From the IMG/VR virus record IMGVR_UViG_3300025277_000114, positions 1-28,336 of that record: a stretch of DNA of 28,336 nt. One strand, written 5' to 3'. Below, piece by piece: positions 1-7,769 of this stretch (positions within the stretch are counted from its first letter, which is position 1; each line of letters starts with the position of its first letter). The stretch comes from a virus. Its lineage: Duplodnaviria; Caudoviricetes. The notes below the pieces were generated by a model. It made no database searches, had not been told where the DNA came from, and saw only the letters and a program-made list of their open reading frames with translations. Position numbers and translations under genes: made by a program.

Positions 1-202
1 CTATACTACTATTACTATAAGTATAAGACAATATAAATAGTCAAAATATGTACAATTTTCTCAAATATGGGATTTTAGGGTGGGCAGGAGGCAATAAATT
101 TTATGCAATCGCCTGATTTGAGAGGAAATAGTGTCAATTTTGGACATTTTTGCATCAAAATTTACGCAAGGTGATCGCAAACAGGGATTTTAAGCTTATT
201 TT

Positions 203-267
203 GTCTCTGCATTAGGTAGGAAAGTAGCCTTTTGGTCTCCGCACTAGGTAGAAAAGTAGACCTTTTT
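203..267. repeat. Imperfect tandem duplication, ~32-bp unit (GTCTCYGCAYTAGGTAGRAAAGTAG..CTTTT)
   Basis: Two adjacent copies at ~203-233 and ~235-267 in non-coding DNA. Confidence 0.7.
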
Positions 268-366
268 AGATAAACCCAGTGTTTTTGGAGTTTTTTAAGC
301 TATTAAGTCGCAGGAAGGAAGGATTACTGGCGAGATCATCACGAGGAAAACAGCAGTTATTATCAT

Positions 367-693
367 TTATCTCCACAATCTAATACGATATGTACCATAT
401 TTACCTTTGGCCCAAGCGTCACCTACAAGTGTCATTCTATAACGAGGACGACATGTTCCCAAAGTTTTAGGATCACGGTAACGCCCACCCCAACCAGCAC
501 CTTCGAAGCGTGCTACTTTCCATAAACGGTTATTAGGAATATTGTATGGAGGGTGCCATCTGTAGTTATACTTTGCCATATAGTCGGCACGATCTTGAGC
601 AACTTGTTGAGCTGTTAAAGGTTTAGGTTTAGTGTCATCACCCATGACAGTCAAGGGCAACAAACACATCATTATAAATAAAAATTTCTTCAC
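367..693 (-). CDS. Secreted protein with signal peptide; possibly a reduced CAP/SCP-like domain
   Basis: MKKFLFIMMCLLPLTVMG signal peptide; GGAG upstream; AQ.RA.YMA...H...EG.GWG pattern loosely recalls CAP domains (inference). Confidence 0.6.
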   Translation of the reverse strand: MKKFLFIMMCLLPLTVMGDDTKPKPLTAQQVAQDRADYMAKYNYRWHPPYNIPNNRLWKVARFEGAGWGGRYRDPKTLGTCRPRYRMTLVGDAWAKGKYGTYRIRLWR

Positions 694-739
694 AACAACT
701 ACTCCTTTGTCGCTGACTATAACATTACGGGCGATTGGA

Positions 740-1219
740 TTACTTAGGGTAAGACTGATCTCTCAATCTTTGTAAATGTATACTTAGGGTTTCATGTTGT
801 ATTGCGAGAGAATTAATAATTCGACCCACACTACTATTAATTTCTGACGAGTCATCGTGTACTTGGGATAACTTTGTTTTTCCGTCATCTATTGGTTCGT
901 CCAACAGGGTGTCATCCTCATATACTTTACTACCTGAACATTCCATACAGAATAACTCTTGTTTAGTGTGAGGCGTAGTATAATGACTATATCTACCCAT
1001 TAGATCAGAATTATGGTGTAATAGCTTGCACGCTTGTGCTACCTTATTAATAGTGTCTGAATTAAGGGCAACAACATTACCCGGCGTTGGAACGAAAAAA
1101 CTGTATATATTATAAGTTAATGGGGAAATTATTAACCCGAATAAACAGCCTACTGCCCAAATAAGGGTTGAACGTCTACATGGTTTATTTGGGAATAACT
1201 TCATGGCCCCCTCCTTCAC
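740..1219 (-). CDS. Hypothetical membrane-anchored protein
   Basis: ORF track; one hydrophobic segment (LIWAVGCLFGLIISPL); true start may be the second Met. Confidence 0.65.
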   Translation of the reverse strand: MKEGAMKLFPNKPCRRSTLIWAVGCLFGLIISPLTYNIYSFFVPTPGNVVALNSDTINKVAQACKLLHHNSDLMGRYSHYTTPHTKQELFCMECSGSKVYEDDTLLDEPIDDGKTKLSQVHDDSSEINSSVGRIINSLAIQHETLSIHLQRLRDQSYPK

Positions 1220-1403
1220 AGTCTATTAGACCGCATTCACAACCATCATTGCATTCTTTTTTGCAGTAACATGCACATTCACCGCCACATCCACACTTAC
1301 TATTTATCACTAAATTCCCAATAAAGAGAAAGGAGATAGCGATAGCTAACGAGGCCAGAAGTGGCTTGATTAATTTTAACTCTTTGAACACCGGATCTAT
1401 CAT
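1185..1403 (-). CDS. Small membrane protein with Cys-rich (metallothionein-like) C-terminus
   Basis: TM segment followed by CGCGGECACYCKKECNDGCECGLIDC. Confidence 0.6.
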   Translation of the reverse strand: MIDPVFKELKLIKPLLASLAIAISFLFIGNLVINSKCGCGGECACYCKKECNDGCECGLIDCEGGGHEVIPK

Positions 1404-1440
1404 ATTACATACTCCGAATCAGATTGTCAAGTTATAAAAT

Positions 1441-1478
1441 AAAAAAAACTCACTCCCGCGTCCTTGTAGGAATGAGTT
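1441..1478 (-). terminator. Probable intrinsic terminator
   Basis: AACTCACTCC...GGAATGAGTT stem next to an A-run (U-tract on - strand), just after the 32-aa ORF. Confidence 0.55.
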
Positions 1479-1485
1479 ACACAAA

Positions 1486-1584
1486 TTAGTTGTTGCGGTA
1501 CAACTGCACCGCTTTGTAGCCGACGAATACAAGTATTCCAATCAGCAATACGTGCCAACCATTTGAAATGTCGGGAATAGGCAT
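1486..1584 (-). CDS. 32-aa single-TM peptide (MPIPDISNGWHVLLIGILVFVGYKAVQLYRNN)
   Basis: Translated by hand; GAAGGGGG RBS upstream; terminator downstream; below ORF-track cutoff. Confidence 0.6.
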   Translation of the reverse strand: MPIPDISNGWHVLLIGILVFVGYKAVQLYRNN

Positions 1585-1670
1585 ATAAAGCCCCCTTCTA
1601 TAAAAAGAATATCTCCTTAAGAAAGTCCATCCTAAATACTCCAACATTAAGTAATATATTATACACTAAG

Positions 1671-1748
1671 TCAAGGATCTTTTTTATAATACCATACTGT
1701 GATACACGCTACCACTATTAATATGGCTAATTCGTACACATTGTTCAT
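1671..1748 (-). CDS. Possible 25-aa TM peptide (MNNVYELAILIVVACITVWYYKKDP)
   Basis: Translated by hand; hydrophobic core with basic tail; weak RBS. Confidence 0.35.
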   Translation of the reverse strand: MNNVYELAILIVVACITVWYYKKDP

Positions 1749-2066
1749 TCTTCTTAGCCTTTTCTTATAAAATACTGCGATTTGTCTGTCTGGTATTGTA
1801 TCTAATATATAGACCGACTAGAAGGATCAAATTTTTGATAGACCTCCCCCTGAAGTTCTTATGGAACTCACTCAGCTTCGCTTCGCTCGTTGTTGCTCGC
1901 TTTGCTCGTCTAGTATTTTAAACACTTAAACACAGGTTCATTCTTCGCTTGTCGCTCAGAATAAATATTAGTAAAAGCTCTACCTATAATAGACGCGAGA
2001 CACCCCTTTTGGAACCACAAAATGTGATATTTTCCAATTTTGTCCAAAATAATTTTCCATCATAAC

Positions 2067-2162
2067 CGCTGACTGTTAAACAACTGGCGATTGCGACGGA
2101 TTGGGCTTGACACAGAAACGCGGAAATGCTACAATGTCGCTGACTGTTAAACAACTGGCGAT
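2067..2162 (+). repeat. 25-bp exact direct repeat CGCTGACTGTTAAACAACTGGCGAT flanking the tRNA promoter
   Basis: Copies at 2067-2091 and 2138-2162; degenerate third copy near 2273-2295 after the tRNA. Confidence 0.85.
2107..2135 (+). promoter_or_regulatory. sigma70-like promoter for the tRNA
   Basis: TTGACA-N17-TACAAT with TG extension, about 50 bp upstream of the tRNA. Confidence 0.8.
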
Positions 2163-2184
2163 CCGTCAGGATCAGGTGATCCAC

Positions 2185-2258
2185 GGGGATGTAACTCAGA
2201 TGGTAAGAGTGCCGTTCTTATAAAGCGGTGGTCGTGGGTTCGAGTCCCACCATCCCTA
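2185..2258 (+). tRNA. tRNA-Ile, anticodon UAU (no encoded CCA)
   Basis: Full cloverleaf: acceptor GGGGATG/CATCCCT+A, D arm ACTC/GAGT, anticodon arm CCGTT-CTTATAA-AGCGG (TAT at 2219-2221), T arm GTGGG-TTCGAGT-CCCAC. Confidence 0.92.
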
Positions 2259-2330
2259 TTTTGCCCATTTTCCGCTGGCAGTTAAACAAGTCGCGTATCC
2301 GCAGGGATGCGGCAGGACAAATCAGCCGAC

Positions 2331-2382
2331 GAAAAAACCCGGTCACCCATAATGCAGAAAGCGGGGTCTGCGGGTGGCCGGG
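2331..2382 (-). terminator. Probable terminator hairpin between the converging tRNA and - strand unit
   Basis: CCCGGTCACCC...GGGTGGCCGGG stem next to an A7 run. Confidence 0.55.
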
Positions 2383-2452
2383 CTGACGTGGCTGTTATAC
2401 TGCTCACTAGGACGATTGAGGAATCCCAGTGAGTAGAGTCACCACTTAGTTT

Positions 2453-2689
2453 TTATTTGTTAATTGACGATTCCAGAACTGAGATTAAGAGATTAGAAAT
2501 TTTCCCTACGTCTTCAGGTTTGTTGCAATCGTTTATTGCTGCAGAGCAATAATGACGGGCATGTACAAGTAAAGAATCTCTCAACCATTTTCCCTCATCT
2601 GTGTTTGGGATGTTAATTGTTAGATCTTCGACTAATTCCATTTCCTTCGTTGTCTTCTGCATAGTTTTCGCCACGTTCACTGTCTCCAC
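2453..2689 (-). CDS. Hypothetical protein
   Basis: ORF track; directly downstream of promoter 2726-2754. Confidence 0.6.
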   Translation of the reverse strand: METVNVAKTMQKTTKEMELVEDLTINIPNTDEGKWLRDSLLVHARHYCSAAINDCNKPEDVGKISNLLISVLESSINK

Positions 2690-2725
2690 ATCTAATGTAA
2701 GTAAGTCCTATAACGTCACACGCCC

Positions 2726-2754
2726 ATTCTACGCTATCCCATTAAAACCGACAA
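2726..2754 (-). promoter_or_regulatory. sigma70-like promoter TTGTCG-N17-TAGAAT
   Basis: Read on - strand; 42 bp from double-box element 1. Confidence 0.55.
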
Positions 2755-2795
2755 GGCTAATCAACCCATGTCAAGAACTTTTAAAAGAATTGCCC

Positions 2796-2871
2796 TAAGT
2801 CGTTGGTATAACAGGGTTTACGGCGACACGGCGGGCCGGGCCAGCCTAAGTCCTTTGGTAGTAAGGGTTTA
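2796..2871. repeat. Double-box element 1 (25-26-25 bp)
   Basis: TAAGTCGTT-GGTATAA-CAGGGTTTA / linker / TAAGTCCTT-TGGTAGT-AAGGGTTTA. Confidence 0.92.
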
Positions 2872-2928
2872 GGTCGATTTCTTTACTTCGGTTGTTTGTT
2901 GGTAAAGGTTTCGACCGATTTCTTTACT

Positions 2929-2962
2929 AAAAAAACCCCGCCCGGAATCCTCCGAACGGGGT
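2929..2962 (-). terminator. Intrinsic terminator after the DUF932-like gene
   Basis: ACCCCG...CGGGGT stem plus A-run (U-tract on - strand). Confidence 0.7.
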
Positions 2963-2980
2963 CTGGATAGGCGTCCAAGC

Positions 2981-3886
2981 CTATGCCGCGAGGGCTAGTT
3001 TTTCCGCAGCGAGTACCTGCGAATTTGCAGCACGAAGAATCCGTTCAAAATCCTCATTGCCACGCATCCTGCGACGAATGGCATCGTGCTGCTCATAACC
3101 CTGCACGGCATTATAAGCAAACCAGGCGGGAATGCCATCGACATTACTCTGGTTGAGTTTAATTTGCCCGGTCTTCCCGAGTTCATTCCACAACCTATCC
3201 ATGATTGTTGTGTTCCTGCTGCGGTGCATCGTGATCTCACGACCACCCGCATCATCAGTAGGTTCACCATAGATTTCACTCAGGAATTCTCGCATATTAA
3301 CCGTTCGCTGTTGCATCTGAGCTATCAGGTCAGTCAGAGTACACCACGAATCCTTTAACTGTGAGAAAGTCCCAATCAGTTCATCCATTGCATGTCGCAA
3401 TCCGGAAGTGTGACGAATCGAACGTGAAAACGCATCGACCGTTCGCATCATTGCCAGATTGTCGCACATATCCCGATAGTATCCGATAGAAGCCTTGAAC
3501 CCGCGACCATCAAAACCACCGCGAACCATAAAACGAGGGAACACGTTATCACCTTGCACGACGTTGAACATATTCCTACGGTCACCGTCAGTCGGTTTCA
3601 TGTGGACAAAATGCCCATTGTTGAAATGACATTTGACAGAAATCTGACCGTCGAACACTTCGGCGGCGGCTTCAGTGAGTGCGACCACATCATCGGTAGT
3701 ATGCGGCACGTAACGTGGAGAAACTGATTTCACGCCGTTCAGGTATCCATCCTTTGAATGAAACAAACCGTACTGGTCAGTCTCCACGAGTTGACCATCA
3801 ATCAGACCAACCAAAGGGTTTTTGTCAACGCTGAAATCGAATTTTGCTTTGACGGTTGCGACTGCGTTCTGTACTGAAGTTTCCAT
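2981..3886 (-). CDS. DUF932-family phage/plasmid protein
   Basis: VSPRYVP, R.MCDNL.M, IRHT and W.AYNAVQ.YEQH motifs recognised as DUF932-like; start moved to METSVQ (GGAG RBS; ORF track starts at 3925). Confidence 0.75.
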   Translation of the reverse strand: METSVQNAVATVKAKFDFSVDKNPLVGLIDGQLVETDQYGLFHSKDGYLNGVKSVSPRYVPHTTDDVVALTEAAAEVFDGQISVKCHFNNGHFVHMKPTDGDRRNMFNVVQGDNVFPRFMVRGGFDGRGFKASIGYYRDMCDNLAMMRTVDAFSRSIRHTSGLRHAMDELIGTFSQLKDSWCTLTDLIAQMQQRTVNMREFLSEIYGEPTDDAGGREITMHRSRNTTIMDRLWNELGKTGQIKLNQSNVDGIPAWFAYNAVQGYEQHDAIRRRMRGNEDFERILRAANSQVLAAEKLALAA

Positions 3887-3942
3887 AGCTCCAAAATCTC
3901 CAAAAAAGGTGAGTGTTGGCAGCACACGCTGCCGGGCTGTGC

Positions 3943-3971
3943 ATTGTAGTTTATATCGGCAGAGATTGTAA
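3943..3971 (-). promoter_or_regulatory. sigma70-like promoter TTACAA-N17-TACAAT
   Basis: 51 bp from double-box element 2. Confidence 0.55.
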
Positions 3972-4021
3972 GTAATAATTGGCTCAAAATAACAATTCGG
4001 ACGAATTTACAGAAATAGTTG

Positions 4022-4097
4022 TAAGCCGTTGGCACCAAAGGACTTAGGGTCGCGGGGCGGGCCGGGCCGTCGTAACCCGTTGCCCCCAAAGGGTTTA
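4022..4097. repeat. Double-box element 2
   Basis: TAAGCCGTT-GGCACCA-AAGGACTTA / 26 bp / TAACCCGTT-GCCCCCA-AAGGGTTTA. Confidence 0.92.
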
Positions 4098-4106
4098 CGT
4101 CAAAAA

Positions 4107-4337
4107 TCACACCTTGTGAGCAACTGGTTTACTACAATTTACATACCCCACCTCTTCTAAAAGGTCCACAAATTGCCTAAAGTGTTCCGCCAGTGTAAAA
4201 TACGCAGCCTTTTCGTCATCCCAATAGATTCGGTCATCCAGTATTCTACGTGTGTTGTAGGTTATGAGCCATCCACGAGAATTAGGTGCTTCGTCTCCGG
4301 ATTTTATTGTAAATTGTTTTTCTGTATGGTTAACCAT
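4107..4337 (-). CDS. Hypothetical protein
   Basis: ORF track 4107..4367; likely start MVNHTEK just after the upstream stop; ends 10 bp from element 2. Confidence 0.6.
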   Translation of the reverse strand: MVNHTEKQFTIKSGDEAPNSRGWLITYNTRRILDDRIYWDDEKAAYFTLAEHFRQFVDLLEEVGYVNCSKPVAHKV

Positions 4338-4339
4338 TG

Positions 4340-4570
4340 TTAGTTCTTTCTTAAGTGTTGCCACCATGTTGGATTTACTCTGCGGTTTCTACCCGCACAA
4401 CTTAAACATTGCTTAGACTGTCCGGTTCTAAGATGTTTACTGCAAACGTCTTTAATTTTTCCACACGCACATTGACATTGCCACAAAGTCTGTACACTGG
4501 GTTCGTCGGCCCTTTTAATAACCGTCCATCTGCCAAACTTTCTACCGTGCAAATCGATTAGTTCATTCAC
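4340..4570 (-). CDS. Stand-alone Cys-rich domain like the N-terminal repeat of AP2/HNH-type phage endonucleases
   Basis: DLHGRKFGRWTVI...WQCQCACG......HLRTG.SKQC..C motif. Confidence 0.7.
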   Translation of the reverse strand: MNELIDLHGRKFGRWTVIKRADEPSVQTLWQCQCACGKIKDVCSKHLRTGQSKQCLSCAGRNRRVNPTWWQHLRKN

Positions 4571-4572
4571 CT

Positions 4573-4728
4573 TTAATATCCTAAGAAATCTAAAACATCT
4601 TTGCCCAAGTATTCTTCGCGGTCACCGTATTCTAATACGAATTCTTCAAATGTCGCGTCATGTTGTTCAAGTTCCCATTGTGCTTCACGACGGGATACAA
4701 TGGCTTCGCACGCTTCGTAGTAATCCAT
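4573..4728 (-). CDS. 51-aa acidic protein (MDYYEACEAIVSRREAQWELEQHDATFEEFVLEYGDREEYLGKDVLDFLGY)
   Basis: Translated by hand; fills the gap exactly. Confidence 0.65.
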   Translation of the reverse strand: MDYYEACEAIVSRREAQWELEQHDATFEEFVLEYGDREEYLGKDVLDFLGY

Positions 4729-4771
4729 GATAATAAAAGCGGGGATTTTCATCCCCGCCTCCGTTCCTAAT

Positions 4772-4831
4772 CTAAGGGTCGAAATAGTATGTTAACACAA
4801 CATACATAATCAAACACAAAATAGCGGCCAT
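4772..4831 (-). CDS. 19-aa hydrophobic peptide (MAAILCLIMYVVLTYYFDP)
   Basis: AAGGAG RBS; followed by hairpin GCGGGGAT/ATCCCCGC plus U-tract at ~4735-4758. Confidence 0.4.
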   Translation of the reverse strand: MAAILCLIMYVVLTYYFDP

Positions 4832-4842
4832 CCTTCTCCTTT

Positions 4843-5598
4843 CTATCTAGAGTAGGAAAACTTCTCTCCTTTCCTTTTAAGGGTAGAGATTGCTGCGGCG
4901 GCTTCACTGCCTGCCGGTTGAATACCGTGAATCATTAGAGCAAAGTCCTCGTTTTTGGTCAATGGGTTTGCTGCATGGGAATCGTCGTGGTCAACTTCCA
5001 AACCTAGTTTTTCTGCCTGTTCGTATGAATAGACTACAATCGCAGATCGTAGGTTGAGTTGGTCGATCAGGTTATCACATCGCCCACCATAGGATGCCGT
5101 CAAAATCAGATTGTCTGGGATGTTTCCCAGATTCTCCAGCCAGTAGGGTAGGCTCTTTGTGTAGGCGTAAAACAGGCGGTCAGGGTTTAGAATAGCAACC
5201 TGAATCCACGCCCGGAAATATTTCTTATTAAAGAAATCACCAGCTACATGAATGCGACCGATTCCGAGATTGTGCGGCATTATGTCGGAAATTATCGCGA
5301 CCATTTCATCAGTGGTTTTATGTCTCAATGCTTCAAAATTGTTTAGGCGTTTGTTGTACGTATTTGTCAACAGTGCTTCCTGAGACGCTGAGAAACACCG
5401 GATCTCCATTTTTGGACCGTCCACAACTTTACGCCGCCCGTTAATAATCTTAACTTTTGACAGACACGTTTCAGCGAAGGGACAAGAATGACCAGAAATC
5501 AAGTCGAAAGAGTAAATTTTGCGACGATTTTGTAAAAATATTTGTAAATCAGGATGCTTCGCGAGTTCTTGCAGTTTTACGTTGGCCTTCGAGAACAT
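4843..5598 (-). CDS. GP88-like (mycobacteriophage gene 88-type) Cys-motif protein
   Basis: SCP.A..C...C.. cluster, RIHVAGDFF, FYAYTKS and NLILTAS motifs. Confidence 0.7.
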   Translation of the reverse strand: MFSKANVKLQELAKHPDLQIFLQNRRKIYSFDLISGHSCPFAETCLSKVKIINGRRKVVDGPKMEIRCFSASQEALLTNTYNKRLNNFEALRHKTTDEMVAIISDIMPHNLGIGRIHVAGDFFNKKYFRAWIQVAILNPDRLFYAYTKSLPYWLENLGNIPDNLILTASYGGRCDNLIDQLNLRSAIVVYSYEQAEKLGLEVDHDDSHAANPLTKNEDFALMIHGIQPAGSEAAAAISTLKRKGEKFSYSR

Positions 5599-5646
5599 AC
5601 TTTTACCTAATCTTGAAATTTACGGGATTTTCACTTGCAACCTCCC

Positions 5647-5675
5647 ATTATAGCATAATGCGTTAAAACACTCAA
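5647..5675 (-). promoter_or_regulatory. Strong sigma70-like promoter TTGAGT-N17-TATAAT (TG-extended)
   Basis: 32 bp from double-box element 3. Confidence 0.75.
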
Positions 5676-5706
5676 GACCAGTCTGTCCAGATTGTATGTT
5701 TCGACC

Positions 5707-5782
5707 TAAGTCGTTACCAGCAAAGGGCTTAGGTCGGCCCGCCGGGCCTTGCCGTCGTAAGTCGTTACGGGCAAAGGGTTTA
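5707..5782. repeat. Double-box element 3
   Basis: TAAGTCGTT-ACCAGCA-AAGGGCTTA / 26 bp / TAAGTCGTT-ACGGGCA-AAGGGTTTA; terminal TTA is the stop of ORF 5780..6055. Confidence 0.93.
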
Positions 5783-6055
5783 CGGCGGATCATCCACGAA
5801 CCAGTCTATCTGCTGATAGTCGCCGTCGTCGCAATCGCGTTGAGCAGCAATCACATCTTCCAAGATGTAGTCACCTTGATCGTCATCGTCGAGGTTCTGC
5901 CATTCCACGCCGGTAATCATATCAGGACGTTCGTCTTTGTTGGGATCAATTCCCATCTGATGCAGGATTGTTGGCTCTCCAATTTTGACGAATTTAGCAT
6001 TCGCAGGCGATAGTCGAACCCAGCCGGAAAACTCTACAATAATGTCTTTCATCAC
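5780..6055 (-). CDS. Acidic hypothetical protein
   Basis: ORF track; AGGA RBS; Asp-rich. Confidence 0.7.
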   Translation of the reverse strand: MMKDIIVEFSGWVRLSPANAKFVKIGEPTILHQMGIDPNKDERPDMITGVEWQNLDDDDQGDYILEDVIAAQRDCDDGDYQQIDWFVDDPP

Positions 6056-6061
6056 GTCGTC

Positions 6062-6196
6062 CTAAAAACAATGTTCAAAGTGGACTTCCGCCCTGCCTTG
6101 CGTATCTTCATGATGGAAATGATGATCTACTGCAAATGAGCTTATAACTTTACAGCCCGGCAATAATAGTAAACCAGCAATTATTAAAATTCTCAT
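6062..6196 (-). CDS. 44-aa putative lipoprotein, His-rich (MRILIIAGLLLLPGC-KVISSFAVDHHFHHEDTQGRAEVHFEHCF)
   Basis: Translated by hand; GGAG RBS; lipobox-like LLPGC after a hydrophobic stretch. Confidence 0.6.
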   Translation of the reverse strand: MRILIIAGLLLLPGCKVISSFAVDHHFHHEDTQGRAEVHFEHCF

Positions 6197-6197
6197 C

Positions 6198-6611
6198 TCA
6201 ATTCTCCACAGGATAAGGATGAGTAAGAAGTTCGTACACACCCGCCGTATTCAATATCACAGCGTTCATAGTATGACACGGTCCTCCGAGATGTCTAAAC
6301 GTAGACATTTTGTAAGGATCATAGGTTACCTTGTCACCTTTCACAAGATCACCTTTTCTTATAAAGATGCCCTTGATAAAGGCGTGAACGTTTTTGCGTT
6401 TTTCTCTCAGGACTCGTTGCCGTCCCGCTTCGCTCACTTTGAATTGGCACTGTTCTAAAGCTATTGCGTGAGTGTGCAACCTAACAATGCCGTCTTGACG
6501 TACCGACCAACAATTCCGATTGAGATTTTTGTAAACCTCAATCGGTTTCATTGGATCGATTAGCCAAGCTATTCTTCTATCGGTTGAACAATTACGAATG
6601 AACGTTTTCAT
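6198..6611 (-). CDS. Conserved phage hypothetical protein
   Basis: VYKNLN..CWSVR...F.VSEAGRQRVLREKRKNVHAF motif recognised from phage proteins of unknown function. Confidence 0.75.
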   Translation of the reverse strand: MKTFIRNCSTDRRIAWLIDPMKPIEVYKNLNRNCWSVRQDGIVRLHTHAIALEQCQFKVSEAGRQRVLREKRKNVHAFIKGIFIRKGDLVKGDKVTYDPYKMSTFRHLGGPCHTMNAVILNTAGVYELLTHPYPVEN

Positions 6612-6856
6612 TAGAATCTCACAAGTTTTTTCTCACTGTAGGATCGAAAATGTCCGTTAGGTTTCTTTACGGTAACGAACCACCCATTCGGACCTCTTCC
6701 AACCTTTTCAACATTACCTTCTAGGTCACACAGTATATTCCTTTTCCCGTGTAGTGGATACTTCAACTTCAGACCAGAAACATCGTCACCCACTTCAAGG
6801 TGCAACATAATCTCAGCCATCGTCGTTCTTTTTGTCACTTGTACGATCATCTTCAA
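6611..6856 (-). CDS. Hypothetical protein, possible SH3/WYL-like beta-barrel
   Basis: ORF track; beta-rich pattern ending FRSYSEKK; start uncertain. Confidence 0.6.
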   Translation of the reverse strand: MKMIVQVTKRTTMAEIMLHLEVGDDVSGLKLKYPLHGKRNILCDLEGNVEKVGRGPNGWFVTVKKPNGHFRSYSEKKLVRF

Positions 6857-7013
6857 AAACCCTTTCTATAGCTTGCCTAGAAACAAAAAACTCATTACCC
6901 TTGTTTTCAATATCGACACCATCGTGACGAATCTTGACAACTTTCCCAATACTTAGTTTAGAACCAACAGAAATATCCGCGTTCTGCTGATTCACCGCTA
7001 CTCTACTTTTCAT
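6813..7013 (-). CDS. Hypothetical protein
   Basis: GGAGGTG RBS; first gene after promoter 7025-7053. Confidence 0.7.
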   Translation of the reverse strand: MKSRVAVNQQNADISVGSKLSIGKVVKIRHDGVDIENKGNEFFVSRQAIERVFEDDRTSDKKNDDG

Positions 7014-7024
7014 CTTTCACCTCC

Positions 7025-7053
7025 ATTGTACCATAAACTACTCCCAACGTCAA
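7025..7053 (-). promoter_or_regulatory. sigma70-like promoter TTGACG-N17-TACAAT (TG-extended)
   Basis: Near-consensus hexamers. Confidence 0.75.
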
Positions 7054-7056
7054 GAC

Positions 7057-7126
7057 CCGCTGACCGCTGACCGCTGACTGCTGGCTATAAACATTATCGG
7101 ACAAGGTCCGATTGGACACTTGTCCA
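7057..7126. repeat. Hairpin element B1: (CCGCTGA)n plus ATCGGAC-AAG-GTCCGAT hairpin
   Basis: Related copies at 11430, 13548 and 14562. Confidence 0.8.
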
Positions 7127-7156
7127 TTAGCCCACTATTATACACATAAATTGACG

Positions 7157-7232
7157 TAAGTCCATACATACCAACGGGTTACGTCAAAAAAACCGGCCCC
7201 CTCGCCCTAACCCCTTGCGGGGCTAGGACTTA
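7157..7232. repeat. Double-box element 4
   Basis: TAAGTCCAT-ACATACC-AACGGGTTA / 26 bp / TAACCCCTT-GCGGGGC-TAGGACTTA; first box flanked by TTGACG...CGTCAA. Confidence 0.88.
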
Positions 7233-7241
7233 GGACGATTA

Positions 7242-7319
7242 TTAACCTGTTGATATGCATGTGAAAATTATAGCGGTTATTAAACCGATCCAAACCGCTA
7301 TAGTTTCTACTGTGTTCAT
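7242..7319 (-). CDS. 25-aa TM peptide (MNTVETIAVWIGLITAIIFTCISTG)
   Basis: Translated by hand; last gene of its module, ends 10 bp from element 4. Confidence 0.45.
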   Translation of the reverse strand: MNTVETIAVWIGLITAIIFTCISTG

Positions 7320-7326
7320 TTGTCTT

Positions 7327-7518
7327 TTACCCATCATCTTCTCCAAACATATCATCCCAACATTTAACACAAGTGCGGGATATTAACATTTCTCGGTCAT
7401 CCTTGTTCAAACTTGGCATTGCGTCCTGAATGAGTTTACCGCCCTTCCAAGCCTGAAATTCTTCATCTTTTACTGGAACGTCTACAACTGTCTCACAACT
7501 ATGACATGTAATTTCCAT
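7327..7518 (-). CDS. Small CxxC...CxxC zinc-binding protein
   Basis: CHSC...LIQDAMP.L...DREMLISRTCVKCW. Confidence 0.75.
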   Translation of the reverse strand: MEITCHSCETVVDVPVKDEEFQAWKGGKLIQDAMPSLNKDDREMLISRTCVKCWDDMFGEDDG

Positions 7519-7529
7519 TATCTCATTCC

Positions 7530-7769
7530 CTATTTGAAACTAAAATAGTATCGTGGATCGTGTTGAAAAACCAATGTGCCCTCTTTGCCATCCGACTTAC
7601 GTCGGACACTCACGAACGGAGCTATGAAACCCAGTGTCTCAAAATCCTCTCGCATCTCTTCCATATTCCACACTTGGCCGTACTTTTCGACTAATGCTGG
7701 GCGACTACCTGGAACGTGATTAATTTCCTGCACCATTTCGCGGCGGATTGTTTCAGTGGGATCACTCAT
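7530..7769 (-). CDS. Conserved hypothetical protein
   Basis: YGQVW....EDFE.LGF.APFV.VRRKSDG.EG.L.FQH.PR.YF pattern; stop/start overlap with neighbour. Confidence 0.75.
   Translation of the reverse strand: MSDPTETIRREMVQEINHVPGSRPALVEKYGQVWNMEEMREDFETLGFIAPFVSVRRKSDGKEGTLVFQHDPRYYFSFK

Noticed and set aside
1984-2184. 66-aa - strand ORF upstream of the tRNA
   Set aside because: It overlaps the tRNA promoter and its direct repeats on the opposite strand, and has no recognisable features.
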